Of a stretch of DNA of 64,000 nt, positions 37,622-51,512 are shown piece after piece. A program made the translations under genes and the position numbers. Origin of the DNA: an uncultured Gemmatimonadales bacterium (GTDB taxonomy: Bacteria > Gemmatimonadota > Gemmatimonadetes > Gemmatimonadales > GWC2-71-9); contig CAVSLV010000002.1 of the NCBI GenBank assembly GCA_963728915.1, forward strand, positions 96,001 to 160,000. The letters are read 5' to 3'. Within the stretch, counting starts at the first letter, position 1; every line of letters starts with the position of its first letter. The notes beneath the pieces are model-generated. The model had not been told where the DNA came from, did no database searches, and saw only the letters and a program-made list of their open reading frames with translations.

Positions 37622-38148
37622 CAGTGTCCCTCGAAGGCGACCAGGGTGAAGACGTCGTGGCCGTTCTGTTCCAGGCGCTTCCGTCCACCCAGCTCGGGAA
37701 GGTCGATCACGAAGCAGGCCTCGACCAGCTCACCGCCCACCTGGTGGATCAGCTCGATCGAGGCGGCCGCGGTTCCCCCGGTCGCGATCAGGTCGTCCAC
37801 CAGGAGGATCCGCTCGCCCGGCTGGATCGCGTCGCGGTGCATCTCGACCCGGTCGCTCCCGTACTCCAGCTCGTAGTCGTATCCCACCGTCTCCCAGGGA
37901 AGCTTGCCCCGTTTGCGAATCGGAACGAACCCGGCGGTCAGATGGTGGGCGATCGCGCCGCCCAGGATGAATCCGCGCGCTTCGATGCCCGCCACCTTCT
38001 GAATGCCCTTCCCGCTGTAGCGCGCGGTGAACCGGTGAATCGTCTCCCGAAATCCCTCGGCGTGTCCCAGCAGCGTGGTGATGTCCCGGAACATGATGCC
38101 GGGTTTGGGATAATCCGGAATGGTCCGGATCAGCGCCTTCAAGTCCAT
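37621..38148 (-). CDS. apt: Adenine phosphoribosyltransferase
   Basis: [29 protein letters not shown]. Confidence 0.96.
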   Translation of the reverse strand: MDLKALIRTIPDYPKPGIMFRDITTLLGHAEGFRETIHRFTARYSGKGIQKVAGIEARGFILGGAIAHHLTAGFVPIRKRGKLPWETVGYDYELEYGSDRVEMHRDAIQPGERILLVDDLIATGGTAAASIELIHQVGGELVEACFVIDLPELGGRKRLEQNGHDVFTLVAFEGH

Positions 38149-39014
38149 CACGCGCCGAGCACCCGGCCCGCGACCGCGGAGAGCCTGGCAACAGTCGCCG
38201 GGTTCATCGCTTCGCGCGGGGTGAGGATCGCGTGCTCCAGCGCGCGGTCGCATCCCTGCTGGCAGAAGGCCGGCCGCTCCCGGAGTCTCGGCGCGATGCG
38301 GCGGATCAGCTCGCGCGCTTTCCCGACGTTGCTTCGCATCACTTCCATCACCATGTCCACGGTGACCGCGTCGTGCTCCGGGTGCCAGACGTCGTAGTCG
38401 GTCACCATGGTCACCGAGCAATAGCAGAGCTCGGCTTCGCGAGCGAGCTTCGCTTCCGGCAGGTTGGTCATCCCGATCACGGTGCCGCCCCAGCCGCGGT
38501 ACACCGCCGACTCCGCCCGGGTCGAGAACTGGGGTCCTTCGATCACCACGCAGGAGCCGCCCCGGTGCACCGGGATGCCGGCTTCACGCGCTGCGGCTTC
38601 CGCGGCGTCTCCCATGCGGCTGCAGACCGGATTCCCCATCGAGACGTGGGCGACCACACCCTCGCCGAAGAAGGTGTTCTCCCGCTTGATGGTACGGTCG
38701 ATGAACTGATCCACCACGACGAAGGTCCCCGGCGGAATGTTCTCCTTGAGGGAGCCGACCGCGGAGAAAGAGAGCAGGTCGGTCACCCCGGCCCGTTTCA
38801 GGGCATCGATGTTGGCGCGGAAGTTGATTTCGCCGGGGAGGATCCGGTGGCCCCGGCCATGGCGTGGCAGGAAAACCAGGGGGATGCCGTCGAGCTGACC
38901 GGTGAGCAGCTCGTCTGAAGGGAGGCCGAACGCGCTCTCGACCGGTCGCCAGTGAGCCTGCTCGAGTCCCTCGATCTCGTAGACGCCGGACCCGCCGATG
39001 ACGCCGAGGATCAT
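38148..39014 (-). CDS. mtnP: S-methyl-5'-thioadenosine phosphorylase
   Basis: [37 protein letters not shown]. Confidence 0.93.
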   Translation of the reverse strand: MILGVIGGSGVYEIEGLEQAHWRPVESAFGLPSDELLTGQLDGIPLVFLPRHGRGHRILPGEINFRANIDALKRAGVTDLLSFSAVGSLKENIPPGTFVVVDQFIDRTIKRENTFFGEGVVAHVSMGNPVCSRMGDAAEAAAREAGIPVHRGGSCVVIEGPQFSTRAESAVYRGWGGTVIGMTNLPEAKLAREAELCYCSVTMVTDYDVWHPEHDAVTVDMVMEVMRSNVGKARELIRRIAPRLRERPAFCQQGCDRALEHAILTPREAMNPATVARLSAVAGRVLGA

Positions 39015-39049
39015 GCCGCAAAAGTAACCCGAAGATTGGAGCGCTACCT

Positions 39050-39652
39050 TTGGGGATCGCTTCGCTCATCGTGGTTCCCCAGCCCGGACCCAGCGTCCCC
39101 CGTCGCGGTGGGCCGGTCCGCCCTCTGATCGGGCGCACTGTGCTCCGCCTCCTCGGCTGGCGCACCGAGGGCGAGCTGCCCGATGCGCCGAAGATGCTCA
39201 TCCTCGCCGCGCCGCACTCGTCCAACTGGGATTTCGTGATCGGAGTCGCCATCGTCTTTGCGCTCCGGCTGGACCTCCGGTTCCTCGGCAAGCAGGAGCT
39301 GTTTCGCGGACCGCTCGGAACGTTCATGCGCTGGCTGGGCGGGATTCCGGTGGATCGGGACCGTCCCGATGGCGTGGTCGGGGAGGCCATCGCGATGTTC
39401 GCCCGGCAGGAGCGGCTGGTGCTGGCCATGGCGCCGGAGGGAACCCGGCAGCCGGTCGAGCGCTGGAAGACCGGCTTCTATCGCATCGCGCTCGGCGCGG
39501 GAGTTCCCATCGTGACGGGGTACTTCGACAATGCGCGAAAGCGGGTCGGGTTCGGCCTGGTGCTCACGCCCAGTGGCGACCTGGCGGCGGACCTGGAGCG
39601 GCTCCGGGCGTTCTACCGGGATCTCCCGCGCCGGGACAAGACTGGCTGGTAG
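39050..39652 (+). CDS. Lysophospholipid acyltransferase (PlsC-like)
   Basis: PHSSNWD (HxxxxD), PVDR, APEGTR. Confidence 0.9.
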   Translation: MGIASLIVVPQPGPSVPRRGGPVRPLIGRTVLRLLGWRTEGELPDAPKMLILAAPHSSNWDFVIGVAIVFALRLDLRFLGKQELFRGPLGTFMRWLGGIPVDRDRPDGVVGEAIAMFARQERLVLAMAPEGTRQPVERWKTGFYRIALGAGVPIVTGYFDNARKRVGFGLVLTPSGDLAADLERLRAFYRDLPRRDKTGW

Positions 39653-39764
39653 ATCGGAATTCTCCTGCAGGAATCGGCCCGAGCCGGTCCTGCTCGCCGG
39701 CTGGATATCTTGAGGCACCTCCTCCCCAGAGAGAATACCGTATGGTCGAGTCACGCGACTTCCC

Positions 39765-40376
39765 ATGAAACGGTCAGGTCGAGTCCCGAAAAGGCCCGTG
39801 CCGAAGCTGACCATCCGGCCGCTCACGCCGGACCGGTGGCCCGACCTGGAGGATCTCTTCGGGAAGAAGGGCGCGTGTTATGGGTGCTGGTGCATGTACT
39901 GGCGGATCGGCGCGGCGTATCGGGGCCACGGGGAGAGAAACCGCCGGGCCTTCCGGAAGATCGTCCGAACGGGGCCGCCGCCTGGGCTCCTGGCCTATCT
40001 GGGAGATCTCGCGGTAGGCTGGTGTCAGCTTACGCCGAGGGATGACCTGCCGGTGCTGGACCGGCTGTGGAGGCTCCGGCGGGTGGATGACCAGCCAGTC
40101 TGGGCGATTTCCTGCTTCTATATACGAATCGGATACCGCCGGAAGGGAATCAGCAGCGCGCTGATTGCCGCGGCAATCAAGGCGGCCCGGCGTGCCCGGG
40201 CCCCGGCGCTCGAGGCGTATCCGCTCGACGGCACGGTGTCGCCGAGCGCCACGGGCACCGGGTACCTGAGCACCTTTCGCCGCGCCGGGTTCAAGGTGAT
40301 GGCGCGACGGGCCCGGCCGCGACCGATCGTGCGCTACGATCTCACCGGGGCGGTAACCAGGCGCCGCAGCCCTTGA
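39765..40376 (+). CDS. GNAT acetyltransferase
   Basis: GCWCMYWR, GWCQLTPR, YRRKGIS, LEAYP. Confidence 0.85.
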   Translation: MKRSGRVPKRPVPKLTIRPLTPDRWPDLEDLFGKKGACYGCWCMYWRIGAAYRGHGERNRRAFRKIVRTGPPPGLLAYLGDLAVGWCQLTPRDDLPVLDRLWRLRRVDDQPVWAISCFYIRIGYRRKGISSALIAAAIKAARRARAPALEAYPLDGTVSPSATGTGYLSTFRRAGFKVMARRARPRPIVRYDLTGAVTRRRSP

Positions 40377-40444
40377 CCGGACCCGAACCCGATCTTACTT
40401 TGTGTCACAAAGTACTGAACTTCTACAAAGGAAGGCGGGGGACC

Positions 40445-41829
40445 GTGCTGCTTCCGGGCTGGGTGACCGGCGCCGTCATTACTCTGGCCGCCACCGCCCT
40501 GCACGCGCAATCGGGGCAGGTCGATCGGCAGAAACTCGATTCGATCGCCGGGGCCGGCATAGCTACCCATCGCGCCGTCGGCCTGGTGGCCGCGGTGGTG
40601 AGGGGCAACGATACCCTGCTCTTCAAAGCCTACGGCAAGGCGGATCTCGAGTGGGACGTCCCGATGCAGCCGGACGCGATGTTCGAGATCGGATCCGTTT
40701 CGAAACAGTTCGCCGCCGCGTCGATTCTCCAGCTCCGCGACGCCGGCAAGCTCAGCCTCGACGATCCCATCACCAGGTGGGTTCCCGCCCTGGGGGCGAG
40801 CGGCGAGAAGATCACTCTGCGCCGCCTGTTGAGCCACACGTCCGGCATCTTCGACTTCTCCGGGGAGCCGGACTTCGAGCTCAACTGGTTTGCGCCCCGC
40901 TTTCCCCGCGACTCGGCGACCTCCCTCATCAGGATCGAGCCGTTCAAGTTCCCGGTCGGCACCGCCGAGGCGTACAGCAACTCCGGCTTCTGGCTGCTCG
41001 GTCTCGTGGTGGAGAAGGCCAGCGGGATGAAATACGAGGACTACCTGAAGCAACGGATCTTCGAGCCGCTGGGCATGACCCACTCGATGTATTGCAACAG
41101 CTCGACCAACGTCCCCACCGGGCCCACGGCTACAACCTGATGCCGAACGGGACGATCCTCCGCGCCCCGATGGTGTCCTACGCCTGGGTCTTTGCTCCCG
41201 GAGCCATCTGTTCGAGTGCGGGCGATCTTATCACCTGGCTTCAGGCACTTCATGGCGGCAAGGTGCTCTCGGCCCGTTCGTACACCGAGATGACCACGCC
41301 GGCCGCGCTCGAGGATGGGACCCGGTTGCAGTACGGCATGGGGATCAAGATCGGCGAGAACTACAAAGGCCTCAGGTATGTCGGCCACGGTGGCACCGCT
41401 CCCGGCTTCCGTTCTGACGCAACCTGGTACCCCGATGGACGGCTTGCGGTCGTAGTGCTGGTGAACACTTCGCCGGCCAATCTCGTGCCGGCCGGGGTGG
41501 GGTTCTCGCTGGCCGAGGAGATCCTGCCACCGCCCCGACCCAGCGTGACGCATTACACCGGCGATGCGACCAATCTGGTGGGCGCCTACCAGTGGGTGGC
41601 CGGAGGGAACCAGGGTCCCACCACGCTCGAGATCACCATGACCGAGGCCGGACTCGCGGTCTCTCCCAACGGAGGGCGGCCGTTGACCCTTGCATGGGGC
41701 GGAGGCCTGACCTTCTACATCGGCGACAACACTGTCCTCACCTTCCACCGGACCAGCGGCGCCAGCGGGTCAGTCGACGGGCTGCACATCGACGACGCCG
41801 GCAATCACCGGATCTTCAAGAAGCGTTAG
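40445..41829 (+). CDS. Serine hydrolase, beta-lactamase family (frameshift near 41115)
   Basis: GSVSKQF (SxxK), LLSHTSG, YSN, HGG. Confidence 0.88.
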
Positions 41830-41901
41830 CTTTCCTTTTTGGCCCTTCCGGGGACCCTCATGACCCGCGAGTCGCGCAGTTTCCTTACAGCAGCGTAAAT
41901 C

Positions 41902-44533
<2,632 letters not shown>

Positions 44534-44654
44534 CCCCCGTCCCCGACCAACAACGAACCAGGGTGCTTTGGCATCCAATCCCCTATGAGCCTCCCACTCC
44601 TTCCGCCGCGCCGTCTTCGAAGCGGCCCGCGACCTCGCGATTGCCGCCCGACAG

Positions 44655-47027
44655 ATGCGCCGCCGGCCCGGCTACGCCGCCATCCTCATCCTCACCCTCG
44701 GACTCGGCATCGGCGCCACGGTGTCGCTGACCAGCGTGGTGAACGACCTGATCGTCCGACCCCTCCCCTACGCCGACGAAGACCGGGTGCGGGTCTTCTG
44801 GAGCGACTACGATTGGCGGGGCGCCGAGTACGACTTTCTCAATGAGCGACGGGGGGTCTTCGATGCCCTGGCGGCGTTCTCGACCGACGGGGGGCCCTAT
44901 CATCCCACCACCCGCGCCGAAGGGCCGGCCACCGCCCTGCCCTACGTGGTCGCCACCCACACCCTCTTCGACGTCCTCGGGGTGCGGCCCTTCATGGGCC
45001 ACGCCTTCAGCGCCGACGACGACCGGCCGGGCGCCGCGCCGGTGGCGGTGATCAGCTACGGCCTCTGGAACGACGACCTCGGCCGCGACCCCAGCGTCGT
45101 CGGCCACCGGATCATGATCAACGGCGCCGCCGTCACCGTGATCGGCGTGATGCCGAAGGGATTCTTCTTCCCGACCCCCGATTTCCGGGTGTGGCGCCCG
45201 ATCCAGCTCGATCCATCCACTCCTTATTACAGCGACGTCGGATACCTCACGCTGCTGGGACGGGCCCGGCCCGGGACATCCGGCGAGATCATCGCCGGCG
45301 ATATCCGGCGCATGGCGCGCGACCTCGGCACCCGGTTCACCTATCCGGCGGCATGGGACAAGACGAAACACCCGTCGGAGATGCCGGTTCACCAGTACCT
45401 GCTGGGCGACGTCCGCGCTCCGCTTCTGCTCCTCCTCGCGGCGGTCGCGGCGCTCCTGCTCATCGCCAGCGTGAACGGCGCGGCGCTGGTCCTGGCCCGC
45501 ATGACGGACCGGACCGTCGAGCTTTCGGTCCGGACCGCGCTGGGAGCCAACCACTGGCGGCTGGCCCGGCAGATCGGCGCGGAGTCACTGCTCGTGGCAC
45601 TGGGTGCGGCAGCCGCGGGTACCGCCTTCGCGGCCGGCGGGTTCCGGGTCCTCGTGTCGAGCTTGCCGCTCCACGACGGATTCGGGGAGACCGTGAGCCC
45701 GGGCTGGGTCACGCTGGCGGCTGCGTTCGCCCTCGCGCTCGTCATCAGCGTCGTGGTGTCGGCGGTGCCGGTGCGGAATCTCCTGCGGGGCCGGTTCGAC
45801 GAGGCGTTCGGCCGCGAGCGCGGGGAGCGCGCCCTGGGTCGGGGTACCCGGCGCGCGCACTACGCCATCATCGTCGCCCAGGTGACGCTGGCCGTCTCGC
45901 TCGTGGTCGGTGCGACACTGCTGATCCGGTCGGTGGGGCGGTTGCGCGAGATCGACCTCGGCTTCGATCCTCAACACACCGCGACCCTCACGTTGATCGC
46001 GAGCGACAATACGTCGCTGGAGACGCAGCGCCAGTTCCTGCGCGACGTCGTGACCCGCGTCTCGGCCTTGCCGGGCGTGCAGGCCGCCGGGCTCACCAAT
46101 CGCCTGGCGCTGCGCGACGGCGGCTATCAGGGCCCGGTCACCGTGGAGGACCGGCCCGACCTGGCGGACAAGCAACGTCCGAACTCGCTCTACCGCACCG
46201 CCACGCCGGGCTACTTCCGCGCGATGGGATTCTGGATGCTCGAAGGGCGCGGCATCGACTCGACCGACGTCGCCAGCAGCCTGCCGGTGACGGTCATCAA
46301 CGAATCGTTCGCCAGGAAGATGTGGCCGGGGCGGAGCGCGATCGGCCGGCGCATCGGCACCGGGTGGAGCGGCACCCTCGTCTTCCGGACGGTCGTGGGC
46401 GTCATTCGCGAGGCGAGGCTCACCGGTGTGACGGGCGATCCGCCGTTTGCGATGTTCGTCCCGCAGGAACAGCACACGACCCCGAATCCCGGCGGCGTCC
46501 TGGTGGTCCGGACCACGGGCGACCCGACGATGCTCATTCCCCAGGTTCGTGCCATCGCGGGTGGGCTCGATCCCCAGGTGGCGGTGGCCCGGGTGTCCAC
46601 CCTGGAGCAAGTGGTGGACGGCGCGCTCGCCGAACCATTGCAGCTCCGGTTCTTCATGGGGCTGTTCGCCGCGCTCGCGCTCACACTCGGGGCGGTGGGG
46701 GTGTACGGCGTCGTATCGTTCGCGGTGATGCGCCGGCGCTCCGAATACGGGGTGCGTCTCGCCCTCGGCGCGTCGCCTTCGCGGGTGCGCTGGGGCGTGC
46801 TGCGCGACGGCCTCGCGCCGGTGAGCCTGGGCGTGGTGCTCGGCGTCGGCGCGGCGCTGGTGACCGGTCGCGCGCTCGACCGCTTCCTGTTCGGGGTGAG
46901 CCCTCTCGATCCGGGGAGTTATCTGGCGGCGGCGGGCGCACTGCTGCTCGCCGGCGGGGCCGGGGCCCTCATCCCCGCGGTGCGCGCGGCGCGCACCAGT
47001 CCAGCCAGGGCGCTCCGAAGCGAGTGA
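44655..47027 (+). CDS. ABC transporter permease, ADOP/MacB-FtsX duplicated type
   Basis: TLGLGIGA, VRTALGA, GVYGVVSF..RR.EYGVRLALGA, PAVRAA. Confidence 0.92.
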   Translation: MRRRPGYAAILILTLGLGIGATVSLTSVVNDLIVRPLPYADEDRVRVFWSDYDWRGAEYDFLNERRGVFDALAAFSTDGGPYHPTTRAEGPATALPYVVATHTLFDVLGVRPFMGHAFSADDDRPGAAPVAVISYGLWNDDLGRDPSVVGHRIMINGAAVTVIGVMPKGFFFPTPDFRVWRPIQLDPSTPYYSDVGYLTLLGRARPGTSGEIIAGDIRRMARDLGTRFTYPAAWDKTKHPSEMPVHQYLLGDVRAPLLLLLAAVAALLLIASVNGAALVLARMTDRTVELSVRTALGANHWRLARQIGAESLLVALGAAAAGTAFAAGGFRVLVSSLPLHDGFGETVSPGWVTLAAAFALALVISVVVSAVPVRNLLRGRFDEAFGRERGERALGRGTRRAHYAIIVAQVTLAVSLVVGATLLIRSVGRLREIDLGFDPQHTATLTLIASDNTSLETQRQFLRDVVTRVSALPGVQAAGLTNRLALRDGGYQGPVTVEDRPDLADKQRPNSLYRTATPGYFRAMGFWMLEGRGIDSTDVASSLPVTVINESFARKMWPGRSAIGRRIGTGWSGTLVFRTVVGVIREARLTGVTGDPPFAMFVPQEQHTTPNPGGVLVVRTTGDPTMLIPQVRAIAGGLDPQVAVARVSTLEQVVDGALAEPLQLRFFMGLFAALALTLGAVGVYGVVSFAVMRRRSEYGVRLALGASPSRVRWGVLRDGLAPVSLGVVLGVGAALVTGRALDRFLFGVSPLDPGSYLAAAGALLLAGGAGALIPAVRAARTSPARALRSE

Positions 47028-47100
47028 GTCGTCACGCTGCCGGTCATTCCGCGATAAATCGGCGAGTACTTTTCGGATTCCCGGACCTCTGGAGACCCCC

Positions 47101-47535
47101 ATGGCGCAGTTCGACAAGCCCGGCCCCGAAGGAACCGTCGAGGGTGGGGACGGCATTCTCACGATCCGCGGGGGCGGCGAAGAGCGGGGCTGGAACGGGA
47201 TCCGGTATCGCGCCGGGCTGTCAGGCAAGAACGTGGGCGCGAAGCAGCTGTCCATGAACATCGCGACCATCCCGCCGGGTGGCGTGGCCTATGCCCACAT
47301 CCATGTCGACTTCGAAGTCATGCTGTACATTCTGGCGGGCCGGGTGCGCCACGAGTATGGAGCGCGGCTGGAGCAGCAGCTGGAGAATGAAGCGGGCGAT
47401 TTCATCTTCATCGCGCCCGGGATCCCGCACGAGGTCTTCAACCTGAGCGATACCGAGCCGGTCCTCGCGGTGGTGGCGCGGTCCGACGCCAGCGAATGGG
47501 AGCACATTGTTCCGTTCGAGCGCCCGGGGAGCTGA
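47101..47535 (+). CDS. Cupin domain protein
   Basis: AHIHVDFE, GDFIFIAPGIPH. Confidence 0.88.
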   Translation: MAQFDKPGPEGTVEGGDGILTIRGGGEERGWNGIRYRAGLSGKNVGAKQLSMNIATIPPGGVAYAHIHVDFEVMLYILAGRVRHEYGARLEQQLENEAGDFIFIAPGIPHEVFNLSDTEPVLAVVARSDASEWEHIVPFERPGS

Positions 47536-47556
47536 GATGGCACCGACCCGCCTCCT

Positions 47557-48793
47557 CTACTTCGGCGTCACCCGGAACAGCCCGCCGGGATTGGCGTCCT
47601 CGATCATCCACACCGCGCCGTCCGGGCGCGACCGCCACGTCGCGAATCCGGTGCCCGACGTTCCAGCGTTCGGCCGGCGTCGCCCCGCCCTTGCCGTCGA
47701 ACGTGATGCGGTTCAGCGTCTGGGTCTGCATGCCGCCGATCAGCGCCGAGCCGTTCCACTGCGGGAACATCGCCCCGTTGTAGAACGTGAGCTTCCCGGC
47801 GCGATGACCGGCGTCCAGTAGATCACCGGCTTGGTCAGGTCGGGCCGCGTGTCGGGACTCGGGATCGGCACGCCGTCGTAGTTGGTCGCGTACGAGACGA
47901 GCGGCCAGCCGTAGTTCTTGCCGGGCTCGATCAGATTCAGCTCGTCGCCGCCCCGCGGCCCGTGCTCGAGCTCCCACAGCCGGCCGTCGGGCGCGAACGC
48001 GAGGCCGTACGGCGTCCGATGGCCCATGGTCCAGGTCTCCGACGGCGTGAGGTTCGGCCCCGGGAACGTGTAGGTGCGAGACGACCGGCGCGGTCTTGGC
48101 CTGCTCGGTGTTGCGGGGCGGATCGATGATGTCGAACGTCGCGCGCGCCGGTCTTGCCGGCCATGGGGTTGCCCGGCGCCGGCTTGCCGTCGAGCGTCAG
48201 CCGCAGGATCTTGCCCAGCGGCTGAGTTGGGATCCTGCGCCGGGCGTCATGCGCTGCCGCTCGCCGACGGTGAGGAACAGGTATCGGCGGTCGGGCGAGA
48301 ACGCGATCGCCGCGCCGAACTGTCCGCCGCGGCCCCGCGCGCCATCGCGCCAGATCACCTGCAGGCCCTCGAGACTCGCCGTGTCCGTCGCCGAGCGCGA
48401 GCCGGGCGCGGGCCAGCGCGAGGCTCGAGCCCGGTCTGTGCTGTCGCCCGGCTCGGAGTAGGTCAGGTAGACGCTGTGGTCGGTGGCGTAGTTGGGTGAC
48501 AGGTAGACGCCGAGCATGCCGCCCTGCCCCTGCGTAGCAGGACGGCGGGCACGTTCGCGACCGGCGTCTTCGCCGCCCTGCTGGGTCACCAGCCAGAGCG
48601 CGCCCACCTTCTCGGTGATGAGCATGCGCCCGTCGGGCAGGAATGCGATGCGCCAGGGCAGATTGAAGTCCGCCACCTGGGTCATCGTGAACGGCAGGCT
48701 GGCTTCGGGCTCGAGCCGGCCGGCGTTGACCTGCGCCGACGCGGTGGCCGAAACGGCAAAGAAGAGCAGGGCGGCGCTCGCGAAGGTCTTCAT
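47557..48793 (-). CDS. PQQ-dependent (soluble GDH-like) sugar dehydrogenase, multiply frameshifted
   Basis: PWRIAFLPDG, GQGGML, GHRTPYG, EHGPRGGDELN, NYGWP. Confidence 0.85.
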
Positions 48794-48950
48794 CGAAAAT
48801 TCCTCACCGGGGGTTTTCTTCCTGGGTACGAATGTACAATGCGTGAACCCTTGCGGTCGGCTTGAGCGACTTGCACCAGTGATCCGGGGTCTCCGGGCCG
48901 CGATGCGCTGACCTCAGGCGAGCAATCCAAATATTCGACATTTCGACGCG

Positions 48951-49418
48951 ATGGCAGCCATTCGATCCCGGCTTTCCGCATGCATCCTGCTGCTGGCAGC
49001 CGCCTCCGGCTGCGAGTCGGCACTCTCCCCGAACGAGGCGCACATGCTCCGGCTCGCCGAGGCCCGATGGGAGGCTCGCGGCTTCGGGAACTACGCCGTC
49101 GAGATGCAGAGAGCCTGCTTCTGTCCTCCGGTCGTGGCCCAGTGGTCGAGGGTCGAGGTCGTGGATGATCGAGTCGCCCGAGTGGTGACGCTCGCCACTG
49201 GCGAAGAAGTTCCCGAGGCGGAACGGGGTCTCTTCCCGACCGTGGAGGAGATATTCCAGCTCATCCGGGCCACCTCATCGGACGACTGGATCCGGGACAT
49301 CGACGTCGTATTCGACGCTCGGCTCGGATTCCCCACCACGGTGAATCTCATTTCGAAGCCGGAAATCCAGGACGCCGGCGGCGGGTTCGATCTCCGCAAC
49401 GCCGTGCCTCTCCCGTGA
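48951..49418 (+). CDS. Lipoprotein, DUF6174-like
   Basis: ASGC lipobox, ARW..Y....RACFC, PTVEEIF, FDARLGFP. Confidence 0.7.
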   Translation: MAAIRSRLSACILLLAAASGCESALSPNEAHMLRLAEARWEARGFGNYAVEMQRACFCPPVVAQWSRVEVVDDRVARVVTLATGEEVPEAERGLFPTVEEIFQLIRATSSDDWIRDIDVVFDARLGFPTTVNLISKPEIQDAGGGFDLRNAVPLP

Positions 49419-49496
49419 GCCTGATGAGGGCTTCGGGGAAGACGCCAAGACGGCCAGGCGCCAATGAGAGACGCCTGACCGTCTCTGGTCACCCAT

Positions 49497-49961
49497 CTAG
49501 GCCCTCTTCACCTGGATCTCTCTGGGCCGAGCCCTCTCGACCTTGGGAAGCCGGATGGTGAGGACACCGTTTTCGGTGGTCGCCTCGATCCGCTCGGCAT
49601 CCACGGTGGATGGGAGGGTGAAGGTCCGCTCGAAGCGGCCGTAGCTCCGCTCCCAGCGGTGCCACCGCTCGTCCTTCTCCTGGGTGACGGTCTGCTTCTC
49701 TCCGGAGATCGTGAGCACCTGGTTCTCGAGGCTGATCTTCACGTCCTCGGGGCGGACGCCCGGAACGTCCATGGTGATAGTGAGGTGGTTCTTGTCTTCC
49801 CGGACGTCGACGTTGGGGGTCCAGGCGGAGCCGACGGTGTCGCCGTTGGTCTGGGTCGCAGGGTAGCCGAACGCCTCGTCCATGAGGCTGGTGAGCCGGG
49901 TGAGGCCCGTGTAGAGGTTCTGGTTGGGCTCGGCGGCTCGGCGCAGGGTGGTGAGATACAT
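49497..49961 (-). CDS. Small heat shock protein Hsp20
   Basis: PNVDVRE, DVPGV, ERSYGRFERTFTLP, NGVLTIRLPK; GGAGG RBS. Confidence 0.95.
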   Translation of the reverse strand: MYLTTLRRAAEPNQNLYTGLTRLTSLMDEAFGYPATQTNGDTVGSAWTPNVDVREDKNHLTITMDVPGVRPEDVKISLENQVLTISGEKQTVTQEKDERWHRWERSYGRFERTFTLPSTVDAERIEATTENGVLTIRLPKVERARPREIQVKRA

Positions 49962-50361
49962 GGGGTTTTCCTCCCAAAGGGTTCAGGTCCACGGAGCGGC
50001 GGTAGAGTGCTCGCTCCGAACGGGGGGAAGCGATGTGCAGCCTGGATGCCAGCTTCCGGGCGGGGTTTTCGGTCAAATTGGCAAACGGGTCAAGTCGAGT
50101 TGGAGGTGGGCGGTGCCAGGATGGCAAAGGCCGGCGAGGGGGTGTGGTTCGCAGCCTCGACCCGGGATATGGAGAACTCTCATATCGGGAAAGGCGAGCC
50201 ATCATATCCCGGATCTGCTGCCGAGCCCGCTCGCAGCCTATTTCAGGGTCTGCAGGGGGGAGGTGGGTGATATGATCGCGAGGGGAGGCTTGGATTGGCG
50301 GTGCGATGCCGGCTTAGAGAGCGGGGTTCTGCAGGGCGATGTTGGGATAGGTGGCGGGGTT

Positions 50362-50390
50362 TTGCCGCGACGACGAAGGTACGGTAGCAT
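50362..50390 (+). promoter_or_regulatory. Putative sigma70 promoter (Pc-like) for the cassette array
   Basis: TTGCCG-17 nt-TAGCAT, about 20 nt upstream of the first cassette boundary. Confidence 0.5.
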
Positions 50391-50400
50391 TGGGGTGCAG

Positions 50401-50418
50401 GTTAATTAATGGTTAGGT
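50401..50418 (+). other. Putative attI-like site / first cassette boundary
   Basis: GTTAGGTCTCAT (50412-50423) is the exact reverse complement of ATGAGACCTAAC (51386-51397), which includes attC1 R''; no attC hairpin upstream. Confidence 0.6.
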
Positions 50419-50438
50419 CTCATCCGGAGGTCCGAATT

Positions 50439-51389
50439 GTGCGGCCGGTTGTCTGTTTAGTCACGGGAGCAGCTTTGGGGGCTGGTGCCTTGGTTGGCTG
50501 TCCCAGCACCACTGAGACCCACCCTCTGATTGTGTTCAATGCGGCGGCCCTGGGCCCACCCTTCCGGGCGCTGGGTGATTCGCTTCGTTTGCCCCCGACG
50601 ACTCTCGAGCTACAGCAGGAAAATGCCCCTTCGCTCGAAGTGATCCGAAAGCTGACGGATCTCGGCCGCATTCCGGACATCCTCGCCACGGCCGATATCG
50701 CCCTCTTCGATGCGCTGATCCTCCCGACGCACAGCTCCTGGTATGTCGTCTTCGGAACCAATGCCCTCGTCCTCGCCTACGGGCCGCACTCGCTCGGTCG
50801 CGCGGATCTCTCGAGCGATTCCTGGTACCGGGTGCTCCTCCGCCAAGGCGTTCGCACTGGCCGCGCGGACCCCGTTGTTGATCCAAGTGGCTATCGCACC
50901 CTCATGGCGCTCCAGCTCGCGGAACGGTACTATGGCGAAGCCGGGCTAGCCGCGCGTTTGCTCGGGGCGATGCCGCAACAGTACGTCCGTCACGCCGAGG
51001 CGGACCTGAGTGCGTTGGTCCAAGCGGGTGAATTGGACTACATCTGGACATACCGCAACCTGGCACGGGCGCATGGCCTGCAATACCTCGAGCTCCCTGC
51101 GGAGGTTAACCTCTCCGACCCCCGCCGCGCAGAGTGGTATGCCCAGGCGTCGGCGCGGGTTCCAGGTCAGACCCCAGGGGACACCCTTATGCTACGGGGA
51201 GCGCCAATCGCGTTTGCGGTCACCGTCCCGCGCGCTGCTCCCCATCCGGAAGCGGCCCGCGCCTTCCTGGCCTTGCTTCTGAGCTCGCAAGGCGCCGATG
51301 TACTGCGTGCGACCGGCTTCAATCCTCTGCATCCGCCCCGAGTGATCGGGCGGCCGCCGGCTGAGTGGGCTGCGCTGGTTGCACCATGA
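50439..51389 (+). CDS. Cassette 1: molybdate/tungstate ABC substrate-binding lipoprotein (WtpA/ModA-like)
   Basis: LVGC lipobox, VFNAAAL, PDILATAD, DPSGYRT, GELDY; stop abuts attC1. Confidence 0.85.
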   Translation: MRPVVCLVTGAALGAGALVGCPSTTETHPLIVFNAAALGPPFRALGDSLRLPPTTLELQQENAPSLEVIRKLTDLGRIPDILATADIALFDALILPTHSSWYVVFGTNALVLAYGPHSLGRADLSSDSWYRVLLRQGVRTGRADPVVDPSGYRTLMALQLAERYYGEAGLAARLLGAMPQQYVRHAEADLSALVQAGELDYIWTYRNLARAHGLQYLELPAEVNLSDPRRAEWYAQASARVPGQTPGDTLMLRGAPIAFAVTVPRAAPHPEAARAFLALLLSSQGADVLRATGFNPLHPPRVIGRPPAEWAALVAP

Positions 51390-51390
51390 G

Positions 51391-51512
51391 ACCTAACCCG
51401 GCCTTGCAGCAGCCGAGGCCCTGAACGCTTCGGCCGGCGCGAGGTATGTTCTACACACTGAGTTCGCGCCGGCCTCAGCAGGGCCTCGCTGCTGAAGGCC
51501 AGGACGTTATGT
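51391..51512 (+). other. attC site 1
   Basis: ACCTAAC ... GTTATGT with imperfect internal palindrome (GCCTTGCAGCAGC / GCTGCTGAAGGC), 122 bp. Confidence 0.9.

Noticed and set aside
50005..50011. CIRCE operator upstream of hsp20
   Set aside because: Only one partial half-site (AGCACTC on the minus strand); no partner at 9-nt spacing
49962..50410. Integron integrase gene next to the array
   Set aside because: No ORF with tyrosine recombinase motifs in any frame
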